A DNA stretch of 64,000 nt, from assembly GCA_977018835.1 (NCBI GenBank), contig OZ361257.1:3348001-3412000 (forward strand), given 5' to 3'. Shown here one piece after another: positions 25,094 to 36,270 of the stretch (positions within the stretch are counted from its first letter, which is position 1; each line of letters begins with the position of its first letter). Origin of the DNA: Minutocellus sp. GHC0000111 (Eukaryota). The position numbers and the translations under genes were made by a program. The notes beneath the pieces are model-generated. The model was not told where the DNA came from, searched no databases, and saw only the letters and a list, made by a program, of their open reading frames with translations.

Positions 25094-26028
25094 ATGCGTT
25101 CCATAATATCCCCGTCAATTTGCCGACAAATCGCTGCGCATACTTGCAGAGGAAGGTTGCCATCCTCAGCTGATGTAGCGCGCCAAGCAGGCAAATCCAA
25201 CATGATGAGTACAATAGGAACGGGCCGCCGAAGAATCCGTGCCATCACAATGGACGTAACCGGCACAATGGTGCAATTCAACGGTAGGATCGAGGAGCAT
25301 TATGGAAATGCGGCCAGATGGTGTGGCTTTTCCTTGTCTCCCGCCGAAGTGCAAAACATACCGCCTTCCTTCAACCAAGCCTACAAGGAAACGTGCGCCA
25401 AACATCCCTGCTTTGGCAAATGTCGGCCAAGCAATGGTGGCGAGAATGCGTCATTCGATGTCTAGAGTTGAGCGGGGCGCGGATGACGCGTGATCAGGAG
25501 GAACGAGTCTTTCAGCGCGTGTACAGTATCTTCGGGTCCCACGCGACCTATTCGGCATTCGAAGACGCTGCTCCTTTCCTCAAATGGGCGCACCGACGGG
25601 GGATCATTGTCGGCGTTGTATCGAATGCCGATGAGCGATATGGCGATTCAATCTTACCAATGCTAGACTTGGCTGATAAGTTGAGCTTCATGGTGTTTTC
25701 CAAGGAGGTCGGTGAAGAGAAGCCCCAGCGGAAAATATTCGATGCAGCCGTCCACGCGGCGGAGCCATGGCTTGTCAAGGAGAGACGATGGGGAGCCGAC
25801 GCTGCACCCCTCATACCATCGGAAGTGTTGCACATTGGTAATGATTTCGATAAGGACTATGTTGGCGCAACCAATGCCGGATTTCAGGCGGTCTTGATAG
25901 ATCGGTTCAAGAATGGCGAGGGAGAGGAATTGGCTCGAAACGGTGCACCAGTTTTTGACGATTTGATTGATGTGGTGGAATACTTTGCCAGGGAAGGATT
26001 TATCGGGCCGAATGATAGTGAACAGTAG
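25094..26028 (+). CDS. HAD-like hydrolase (HDHD3/REG-2-like), frameshifted near 25418
   Basis: DVTGT motif I in one frame; VVSNAD, EKP..IF and HIGND in the next frame. No intron visible at the break. Confidence 0.8.
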
Positions 26029-26192
26029 CAGACAAATAATATGAAGATGCAACAGCTTTCTATTGATAGAACACGCGTAGCACATATTTTTGATGCAAAG
26101 ATTACCTATGCAAAGTCTAAATAGAAATTAAATATATTTGTGAAACACACGACAATCCAGATAGCATGCTCTTCGTCACATGATGCGATTTA

Positions 26193-26732
26193 CTATTCCT
26201 CCTCGTCATCCAAATCATCGTCGATGTCATCATCGTCGTCTTCCGGAATGCCACCGGTCTGCATGCTCTCCCAATACGCAAAGCTGTCGTTCTGGTTGTT
26301 GACGTAAAAGTAGGCCGTGACGCCAATGGTCAGAAGGGCCGATATCGGGAAGGTGTACTTGGCCAGACCGGGCTTCGGCGGAGGTGGACTGGCGCAGATG
26401 GCCGGCGCGGCTGCCGTGGCGTAGTTGACGGGTTCCAGGCCGAATATTCCCTGTCCGGGTGCAGAGGGGGTGCTGTTGCTGCTGCCAGTTGTGGACGAGT
26501 TGGAACGGAGGGCACGGGAGACGGCCGCCTTGTGGTTGTTGTTCTTGGCGCTGGTCTTTTTGGTTCGAATCGACTGGGACAGTATCCTCGGCTGGCTTTG
26601 TGCATTCAGCAACCTTTGTCTGGCGGCAGACCTTCCAACCACCAAGGACGCCGAAGACATTGCCGACGACGATGAACATGAAGCAGCAACAGAAGCGGCA
26701 CGAACAATTGCCGGTCGGCAACAGGAGTTCAT
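26193..26732 (-). CDS. Small single-pass membrane protein, probable mitochondrial presequence
   Basis: Arg/Ser/Ala-rich N-terminus, hydrophobic FPISALLTIGVTAYFY, acidic tail. Confidence 0.6.
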   Translation of the reverse strand: MNSCCRPAIVRAASVAASCSSSSAMSSASLVVGRSAARQRLLNAQSQPRILSQSIRTKKTSAKNNNHKAAVSRALRSNSSTTGSSNSTPSAPGQGIFGLEPVNYATAAAPAICASPPPPKPGLAKYTFPISALLTIGVTAYFYVNNQNDSFAYWESMQTGGIPEDDDDDIDDDLDDEEE

Positions 26733-27177
26733 TTTTTATGTGTGTGTTTTCTTCCAGGAAAGATACGGATGGCAGTGAAAGTAGGAATTCCTACAGATAC
26801 CAAGCGAAACTAGTTAGCTTGTGCAACGTAAGTTGTTGCTTGTGGCCGAAGGGCAGGAGTGACGACGGCGAAGGAATGAAGCAATGTCCATGGTTGCGAT
26901 TGCAAGACCAGCGCAGAGAGAAAAATGTCAGCGACGGACGGACGAGCATATTATTTTCAAAATGCCGCGGGCTCGGCTGCCTCACAAAGCAAGTCGACAA
27001 GTCAAGCCGACGGGGTTCCCTTCCCTTGCTTCGTTGCGCTGATATTATTGACTCGTAGGCTGGATACCCATACCATACCAGCAGTCTGTGCAGCTTCCGC
27101 TGTGATTTTTCTGGTCTTGTCTTGGACTCTATCTTTTTTGCCCCCGTATCTGTCTGTTGCACCGTCCTCCGACAATA

Positions 27178-29394
27178 ATGTCGAGCTTCAGGAATCGCTC
27201 CGACACGGTCGATACCGCCGGCACGTTGACTTCGGTGGAGAAGGCCCGACTTTTGGAGGAGATGCCCAGCTACCACGACGACGAGGAGGACAACGAAGAG
27301 GACATGTGTGGTGAGAAGGGGGAAGACGGCAAGAAGATGAATCCATCGGCGGCCGGTGATCATGATAATGAAAATGACAAGGACGGCAAGAAACCAGCCG
27401 CCAGGTCCGCAAATACCAGCCATGCACACGACTCTGCTAACGACGACGACGATTCGCTCTGGGGCGACGCCGACCAGGACGACGCGGAGCTGCACGGCGG
27501 AACTCGGGCGGAGCTGCAATCTCGCCCGACGCACCGGCAGTTCCTCAAGGAGCGGGGGTGGAAGAGCCACAAGCAGATGGCGCGCGAGGCGGAGCGGAGA
27601 AGGCAGAAGGAGAAGCGGGAGGGGAAGAAGCAGAAGGAGGGGAAGTCGCAGGGGAGGGAGGATACTAGGCCCAGCAGCAGCAAAGGTGGGGACTGGCAGC
27701 CGGCCAAGAAGCGCCGCAAGACGGGGAGGGACAGCTTGGACGGTACCACGCTCGTGGTTAGCACCAGCGATGCCAACGGCGATTCCAAGCCAGCGGCTGC
27801 CAAGAAGTCCGATCCGTCCGAGTCAGCCGATGACGACAATGCTCCGCCGGTGGGCTCGGCCACCCTCGACGCGGCCAAGACGCGGCTGTCCAAGTGGGCC
27901 CAGCGGCGGTTTGATCCGGACCGACCCCGAGGCATAATCGAGACTCCCGAGATTATTCCCCTCAATGATGAATTTCTAACGGCCTTTGGCAAGAGAGAAA
28001 AGGAGTTGGACGAGGCCAAGAAGAAGGAGGCAGGGAGTGGCGGAGAAGATGGTAAATCCAAGAAGGAGGAGAACTTGGACGCCAAATCTGACGACGATGA
28101 GGATGCCGATTCCACGAAACCCACCTCCAAGGCCAAGAAGAATTGCAAGATCAAGATTACCAACCTGGCCTACACCACAACGTCCCGGACCATCATCTCG
28201 ACCTTTACCGACTATGGTGACGTCGTTGCCGTCCATCTCGTCCCGGATCCGAACAATCCGTACCAAAGTTTGGGTAGGGGATACATCACGTACAACGAAG
28301 CCGACGAGGCGCAGAGGGCCATGGAGGAGATGGACGGCAAGCGGCTGGACGGTCGACTGCTTCGGATCGGCATTGCGGCTGACAAGCCGGGCGGTGGCAC
28401 CAAGAAGCGGAGGAGGAGTATGGATGACAATGGTGGTGGGGATGGAGGAGGTGGTGGTGCCGATTTATTGGCTGGAGATGCCGGCGCAAGAGGAGGTGGT
28501 GAGCCAGGCGGTGGCGGTGGGGGTGCCAAGCCGTCGGATCGGTACTGGGACAAGGACATTAGCACCAAGTGCTTCAACTGCGGCGAGGTTGGTCATCGTT
28601 CGGACTCCTGTCCCAACCCCACCAAGGTCCCGCCTTGCAATCTCTGCGGCAATGTCACCGTCGCCGATGGCACCGCGCAGGGCCCGCATGATTCCTGGAG
28701 CTGCCCGTACAAGGCCATCTGTTTCAATTGCGGTGTGCCAGGTCACGTGGCGCGGGATTGTCCCGAGAATCGAGGTGGCAGAGGCCGCGGCGCGCCTCCT
28801 CCCCGACGGGTGGTGTGCGGCCGATGCTACCGCTCCGGTCATCATCGGTGGCAGTGCCGAGAGAATGCCCAGCGTGTATCGCAGCACGAGGCGCAGTGTC
28901 AGATCCCAAGCTGTGGGCGGAGGGGACACTTTTCCTGTCGGAAGATGGGATGGTTCTTCGGTTTGAGAGGCAAATAATGCTTCAATTGCGGCAGGAAGGG
29001 ACATCACGGCATGAGTTGCGACCGCCCCAAGCTGGATGACTGTGCTCGTAATCCCGAGCTGGCCGAGGATGAGATCGACGAGGCTGGTTTGGAGAGCCTC
29101 CATGAGGAGGTGGAGGAAGGGGGGAGGGGACGCGATCGTGGCCGTGATCGTGGCCGTGATCATTCTCGCGACCGATCTCGCAGCATCGAGCGGCATGGAG
29201 GAGGCGGCGGTGGCAGTGGAAGATCTCGTGCCAAGTCCCAGCCTCCACCTCGCGAGGCTGGGCGGTACAATGAGGGCAGGCGCCGCAGCAGTGGTGGCGG
29301 CGGTGGGAATAGAGGTGGTGGCGGCGGCGGTGGTGGTCGCAGTCAACAGCGAGGCTATGGAGGTGGAGGGGGCGGAAGACGCGGCTACCGTTAG
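27178..29394 (+). CDS. RRM plus multiple CCHC zinc knuckles (AIR1/ZCCHC7-like) with RGG tail; in-frame TAA at 28975-28977
   Basis: RRM (KIKITNL..RGYITY) and knuckles such as CFNCGEVGHRSDSC. The frame continues after TAA into CFNCGRKGHHGMSC. Confidence 0.85.
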
Positions 29395-29484
29395 TTGTAG
29401 TTACAATAAAATATGCCTCCATCTATCAAAAGGTCTACTCATATGCTAGTAGTTTTATTTTCACCGGTTTGGACAACGAGCTAG

Positions 29485-30528
29485 CTAGCTAGTTTCATTC
29501 GCTGCCGCCTCATCTAGTGCAGCTGAAACAAGGGCCAAGCCAGCCACAACTGCCACATCTACTCTCAATATTGATGGACCAAGACTTGCCATCCGAAATC
29601 CACCGACCCTTTGGAATAATTGAGCTTCCTCTTCCGTCCAACCTCGTTCTGGACCAATGGCAAGTACAGCCGATGGTACCACTGTAGTTGCTGGTGCATG
29701 TGACTGATCAGTCAGAGCACATGCTTCCATAACAACACCCCTTGCTGGCGGGACGACCATACCGCTTTCATCGCCGCAATCCAAAAACAATCTGGACTGT
29801 CGATGATTTGCACTGCTATCGCCTGTGTCCATATCATCTGTTGTGTTTGCTTTGCCATCACCATCAGTACTACTTGTCAGGCCCAACCTTTGCAGCACTG
29901 CCGGTGATATCACCTCATCTACCTCCACATCCACCGTCACCTCTCGAGTATGCGCCCCCTGTGCCATTCCCTCTTCAATCAGTGCCCGATAATTCTCCTC
30001 GTTGAATTTGGAGGATTGGCAATGCGTCCCGAACGGGCTCAGTTTGGCTCTGATTAGGATTATGCGTGTGACGCCCATTTGCGATATGACCGACCATAGC
30101 TTTTGCAATCGCTTGGGCTGCGGTATGGCCAAAATGAGTGTCATCTCGGGCTGCTGCGTCTGGGCATCGCTTGCTGGATCAAAGGTCAATTCCAGAATTA
30201 CCTTTGAACCGCCCTTCTTCTTTTTCTTCTTTTCTGCGCCTGCGCCATCACCTCCATCGTTATTATCGGAGGTTTCGTTGACATTCACAATGGCCTTGCC
30301 CTTGGGCCCATTGATTATACCGACGGATACTTGGTCGCCCGTCCTCTTGCGCAGATGCTGCGCAATGTGCTTGGCACGTGGGTCGTTACCTTCGAGACGA
30401 ACTACTTTCGTCCTGGCACTTGCAGCAGTACCCTCGCTCTTGTGTCGCTTTGAGCTGTTCCCATCGGCGGTACTGCTCGAACATGCAGTATCCTCGAGCT
30501 CAGAGAACCGAAGAAGAATGAGATTCAT
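29485..30528 (-). CDS. rsmE: 16S rRNA m3U1498 methyltransferase RsmE-like (SPOUT)
   Basis: MNLILL start, QMGVTRIIL, LAIGPERGWT, LGPSILRVDVA. Confidence 0.88.
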   Translation of the reverse strand: MNLILLRFSELEDTACSSSTADGNSSKRHKSEGTAASARTKVVRLEGNDPRAKHIAQHLRKRTGDQVSVGIINGPKGKAIVNVNETSDNNDGGDGAGAEKKKKKKGGSKVILELTFDPASDAQTQQPEMTLILAIPQPKRLQKLWSVISQMGVTRIILIRAKLSPFGTHCQSSKFNEENYRALIEEGMAQGAHTREVTVDVEVDEVISPAVLQRLGLTSSTDGDGKANTTDDMDTGDSSANHRQSRLFLDCGDESGMVVPPARGVVMEACALTDQSHAPATTVVPSAVLAIGPERGWTEEEAQLFQRVGGFRMASLGPSILRVDVAVVAGLALVSAALDEAAANETS

Positions 30529-30708
30529 TACGCGAGTACTTGCCGCTTGCTCTTATTACTTCTTCTCTGACTTGCTTGCCGCCCTGACTTCTGTCTCTGT
30601 GCTGTCTCAGCCTGATCTCTGCAAATTTGAGGCGGAGAAAAATCCTAGCGCCTTTCCGTCGCCCGTCAAAAGATACGACATCGACACTTTCACTCTTTCC
30701 AAGCCAAG

Positions 30709-31468
30709 ATGATGCTCCACCGACTTGCTACCACCGCCGCTTCTTGTACCGTCCGTTCAGCCGCCCGTCCTCGGATGCTATCTACTGCAACTTCCGCTGC
30801 CAGGAGTCAGCATGCGGCGAGGAACAGCAGTGCATTCCTCCTGACGGCAGCGGCCATCACCACGCTCGCGGCTACAATCGATGAGAATCAGCGTCACCGT
30901 CTCCGTGAGGTTCCCGCCCTGTGCCACTGCCAGGTCCCCTGTGGGATCTTTGACGATCCCGTCCGCGTCAGGCTGTTGGAGGAACATGCTGCCACCATTC
31001 GCAAGGCCGTGGTCCAGGTACGTCCGTCTTGCTTGTGCAGATGATACATCGGCGTTCCTACTTTGGATTCGTCGATGCAATAAAAGATTTTATTGAATTA
31101 TTTCCAGTTGCATGGCCATGAACGACCGCTTATGGATCCTTCTCTTTTATTCTATATATTGTTCCTAGATCAACAACCTCGCTGGAGAGTCACCAGAACC
31201 GCAGGACTTCAACCAGGCGGCACGGTGGGTAGCTGTCAAGGAAGACGCGGCGTCACAAATCATCGATATCGTGTCGACGTACATGCTGTGCCAGCGCGTC
31301 AAGAAGGCCAACTTTGCCACCCGTGAGGAGTATTTGCATGCTTTGGAGTTGCATCACATTGTCGTGCAGGCCAGTATGCTGTCCAAGCAGACCGTTTCGG
31401 CTACCACGTGCGATGCGTTGGACAAGGCGATTGACAGTTTGGGTAAAATGTACACCGCCGCCAAGTAG
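30709..31468 (+). CDS. sodN: Nickel superoxide dismutase with 72-aa N-terminal presequence; intron 31018-31168
   Basis: Ni-hook HCQVPCGIFDDP at 30925. The spliced frame gives NQAARWVAVKEDAA..YMLCQRVK..KQT. Confidence 0.93.
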
Positions 31469-31635
31469 TGGGAATATCACCTATTCAACTACAGTGTGCA
31501 AGTGTACTTCACGTTAATCAAATAATATAATCGGCTTTTCTAAAACATCTTGCCCTCTTTGTTCGACTAGCTAGGTAGGCCTACAATGGTGATGTTGACG
31601 TTGCAGCCACCATTCGCCGAGATTCTGCTATATAT

Positions 31636-32067
31636 GGTCCGTTCTCACCTATAAGCATATTGAATATGCGTAGCTGAGGGCTCAGATTTCCTCCTCAGCT
31701 AAGCATATTCCAGGGCTCGGCTGAGAAATATGCTTATTTTAATCGCAAAGGGAGGCCGTTGACCTGCACCAGAAACTTGTTCTGACCGAATTATAATGGC
31801 AACCCATTGCTCAAAGTAGTGCTTTCTACCTTGGTAAGAGCAAAGTAAATCACTCAAACAGCAAGAGAATGGGCATGCTTTGAAGGAATGCCTTCATGCC
31901 ACCCCCCGCTCGCCATTTCCATTTTCCCTGGTCCTTGGTGGTCCAGCATTTGCCACGTCATAATCTGATAAGCATATGCTTAGCTCAGGGCTCAAAATAT
32001 TGCAGTTGCTAAGCAATTTTGGGGCTGAAGCCCAGATCGAATATGCTTATAGGTGAGAACTGGAGCC
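31636..32067. mobile_element. MITE (~430 bp), possibly PIF/Harbinger-like
   Basis: Perfect 21-bp inverted repeat GTTCTCACCTATAAGCATATT (31641-61 and 32040-60). Internal TAAGCATAT and AGGGCTC repeats. TSD unclear. Confidence 0.8.
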
Positions 32068-32444
32068 TGCTTCGTTCGGAAAGCAACACATCTTGTGTCA
32101 CCAATTGGCTGAAAGGCATGGCTTGCCCCCATCATAAGATATGCAGTGCTTATCGAACGACGCATCGCTCCCAGAAGAGGGCGCCTGGCGCAATGGCCAG
32201 CAACCGGATGCCTTCAGAAGTTGATGGGCTTGCCCTCTTTGGTGGCGGTTGCGGGAAGCCAAATTTATCGCGATGCCCGCGCCAGCCCAACTCTCACTGC
32301 CGACGCTGACCAACCTTCCCCAGGACCTGCCCGCCTCACGCCTCTGGTCGTTCAAAAAATCCCAAGGAATGGGTTTATTCGGGAAGTGCTCATTATTCCG
32401 CCCAGCTTGGACTCATATCTGCAATTGAATTGCATTTGCCAAGC

Positions 32445-35429
32445 ATGAACTCATCGAGCGGCAAGAGCACCGCCGTATCTTCTTCCGCCGCAGCCGGCAA
32501 GAATGAGGTCATTACCATCGACCTCTGCCTCTCCGATACCGACGATGAGCACGAGCCGGCGTTCAAATCGTCCAGCAGTTCTGCCAAAACTACCGCCGCT
32601 GCTGCCTCTTTAAAAGGACGAGCAATCCCGGCAAGCCAAAGGGCAAGAGAAAGCGTCCCAAACCAGATCCGGCGGCGTTTGCACATGATGACGATAGTGA
32701 CGTGGAGATTATCGAGATTAGCGACGACGAGGACGAGGACAGTAAGCCATCGGCAGCTGCATCGGCATGTGCTTCTTCTGCATCTGCTACTAGCACTGCC
32801 GGTGCATCAAAATCTCCTGTCCGCGGGATGCAGGTCAGGTCTGTAACTCTATCGGTGGAAGGCGCCGCTACGCTGATGGCGTCCCGCACGATGGCCAAGG
32901 AGGAACCTACCGCAGACAGTCGCAAGAAGGGCAATGGAGATGACGAGGTGGAGCTGGTCGATGCTCCCTCCAACTCTGGGTGGAGACAGGTCTCGGCCAC
33001 GGCAGCTGCATCTGCGGGTCCAGAGAATACTGGTACTGGCAATGCTTCATCGGCATCAACGTCAGGTAGGACTGGTCAGCCCAAGGATGATCGAGCCTAT
33101 GAGACCAATGCCGAAAGAAAGGTCGACGACGATGACGAGGAGGAGGAGTTTCAGCTGGTAGCGACCAAGGGGACCAATGCCCTCATCGACTTTCCACATT
33201 CGAGGGAAAACTGCGTGCAGTTTTCGTTTGCCAATGGAGATAAGAAGGCTCATTGTGTGAGTAGTATCTGCATGGTTGTTTTGTTTATTTGATATTGTAT
33301 GTTTATATTGATTCGGCTGTTTGTTCTCACAGCATATTATATGAATCTCACTCACGAAACGATACGAATCATTCTTATGCCCATCCACGCAGGACAACTG
33401 CTACTGTTACGTCTGTGATATTCCAGCCAAGGATTGTAAGAAGTGGAATGAGCACTGCCAGGCATGTCATGGCGAACGGCGCTGGCGCGAGGAACGAGAG
33501 AGATTCAAGCGTCTCGGTATCGAGGCTGCGTCGGCTACAGCTCAGCCTGCTGCCGCTGCCGCTGTCTCCACCGTTTCTACGGCGAGTACTGCACGGAGAA
33601 TGGCGGTATCCGTGGCAAGACCCTCCAACATGTGGGGTATCATCGATGCCTCTGCCTACGCGAACAGGCCCGATCTCCCACAGTACTCCATCACAGCTCT
33701 GCTCCAGAAGCTGACGAGCGTCCATCCAGTCGAGGTTACCCCACCCGCAAATAGCGGCTTCGTTACCAGTCTCAGGCACTACCAGAAGCAGAGCCTGGCG
33801 TTTATGCTTGATATAGAGCGATCAACGGGACCATCGCCTTTCAAGAAAGAACTTGACGGGGTTCCCCATCGAGGAGGTTTTCTTTGCGACGAAGTCGGCA
33901 TGGGGAAATCTGCCGTAGTCCTGGCGCTGATTGCGTCGAATCCTCTACCGTCTAATGAGGCCCCCACTCCCGAGCAAATGAGGGAGCAAATGAAACTTCC
34001 CAGAAAAAGGGTCTTGGAGCAGGAGCGCATCAACAGGGTAGGTTACTGGGAAGCGAGAGAGAGGGGGATGCAACTCTCACCGATCAAGAGGATGAAAATC
34101 AAGGCGTCTGTGATTTTGACGTCTGCCAGTCTTCTCGGGCAGTGGTAAGTTGGTTGATGGAGCTTTTCAAAGCCTCGATCTCAAATGCATTTTCTCATTC
34201 CTACCAAATTGATATATATCTCTCATTCGCCTTTCTTTGTATGCAAAAATAGGGAGGACGAATGCCGTAAGCATTGTCCTGGTCTCGTCGTTAGAGTTGC
34301 ACATAGCTCTCGGCTCAAGAAGAGCCCAACTACCTTTCGCTACCTAGACTCGACAGATATCCACAAAATTGATATCATTCTATCGACGTCAACGTTTGAT
34401 TGGGAAGGCAGGCGAGGGGATAAATTCCCACATCTCTTCTCCACCTTTGAGTTCCACCGTGTGGTAGTTGACGAAAGTCACTTGTTTGGCAAAGGCAATT
34501 CTGCAAATTGCTACAATGCTAGCAAATTCCCTTCAGCACTCCGCTGGTGCGTCACGGCCACTCCCTGCACTGGGTCCATTCAAGAACTACGTCAGCAGCT
34601 ATTTTTCCTCGGACGACTCAGTGACATGGACCTTGTCGCTTGAGATTTGGGCAACTCCAAGCCCCATTTTTACAAGGCCCTCGACGCTCTGAAACCCATT
34701 CTAATCCGACACACTAAATCGCAAAGAATCAATGGTTCTGCTGCATTGGCCCTGCCTGCTTCTTCGTCAACAACGACTTTTGTGACCATGAGCGCAAGCG
34801 AAAAGAGGAAAATGAGTGAAAATATTATGCCCCACCTCATTTCGAAGTATCGTCGTTCCTGTGGAGAAAAGGCCTTCACAATCACCAAGGCTCTTGGCCT
34901 TTCGGCAGGATATGGCTGTGAGAGCAAACTCTCTTTGCTTATCAATGACCTTCACGCACTTCGCCTGAAGGAGCCAAACCTTCGGGCTGTTGTCTTCACG
35001 CAGTCGCGTGATACTCATAGTGAAATCATCAATGCTTTCAAGCATACTATCTTTGAAGTCCTCCAATTCAGTGGTTCTACTAGCGCAAAGCATAGAGATG
35101 AAAGCATCCGCAGCTTTCAGTCGCCTTCTCCGAGACCTGCTGTCTTTGTTATCACCATGCGAGCCGGCAACGTTGGCATTACTCTCACCGCCGCTTCACG
35201 TGTTTACCTCATGGAACCTTGTCCCGATCCGGCCATCGAGGTCCATGCCGCCGGCCGCATCCACCGCCTTGGACAAACAAAACCCGTTCATGTCGTTCGG
35301 TATGCTTTCAAGAATTCGCCTGAGCACAATATTACTAAATTGCACCAGGAAGTGGTTGCCGGTAGAGTTTCCATCACCGATGGCCATGTTCCTCCCAAGG
35401 CCATCAAGATCCTATCTGCGAGTATTTGA
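32445..35429 (+). pseudogene. SNF2-family (Rad5/HLTF-like) helicase with N-terminal Cys-rich domain; introns 33257-33392 and 34145-34252; frameshift near 32610 and in-frame TGA at 34641
   Basis: GGFLCDEVGMGKS, VVVDESH, VTATP, GITLTAAS..GRIHRLGQ. FPHSRENC..CYCYVCD..HC domain. Confidence 0.85.
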
Positions 35430-35597
35430 ACTTTTCTTCCTTTCTTCAACAAGTTGTACTCCTCCTGGAAACAATGCATTGCTTTCACCCATCATAGGGC
35501 AGTTTCTATCAATGATAACTCACACGTGCACATAGAGATATAAATTGTATCTAATCATTTCACATCCATATATATGTTAGTCCCAAAATGCGCACTG

Positions 35598-35698
35598 TCC
35601 CAGTTCGCGAACTGGGATCCCAGTTTGCGAACTAGGATTTATTTATCCCAGTTTGGAAACTGGGATCATAGGCACAATCTCAGTTTGCAAACTGGGAT
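35598..35698. repeat. Cluster of four ~20-bp palindromes, consensus TCCCAGTTTGCAAACTGGGA
   Basis: Copies at 35598, 35618, 35646 and 35678. The first is a perfect palindrome. Confidence 0.85.
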
Positions 35699-36270
35699 CA
35701 ATCGAGAAATAATGAATATTTAGCATGGATGATATCGCCTTTGCTTCTCCTCGCTTCATTTTTTCATAGTGAAGCAACACAGCCCAAACCTGGTCCAGAC
35801 GTCCAGACGACATTAGTGCCGGAGCTGATACTCAATAAATTGGCATTAGCTGATACTAAATACATATAGTGAATAAATAATAATATCTAGCTAGCTGCTT
35901 CTGGCAAATATAAGTCATGAACTGTACATGCATCTGTGCTATGCCGGCATCATGTTGCTACTGTACCAGTACATGTAGCTTGCAAATTCAAGATATGATG
36001 CACAGTGCAACTTGTATTGTAGATAGATCTACCAGTACATACGAAGTCCGTTTCGCGAGAAATCGAGCGCAGGGCCGGGACCAAAAAATGTCGATTTTTG
36101 GGCCCGCAACCCGGACACGGACACATGCATGTAAAGCCGGAACCATCAAAACTGACAAGAGAGCACTACACATGCATGTACGGCATGTGTGTGTAGTAGC
36201 ACAAATATAGCTCGAATCTAAATAATCTAGTATTATTTCAAACATAACATAACTTAAAAGCACCGCAGGA

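Noticed and set aside
28975..34643. Stop-codon reassignment or selenocysteine to explain the in-frame TAA and TGA
   Set aside because: TAA, TGA and TAG all end intact genes here. The TGA at 34641 is not at a Cys-like position, and frameshifts co-occur.
35598..35698. CRISPR array
   Set aside because: Spacers are absent or tiny, there are no cas genes, and the context is eukaryotic.
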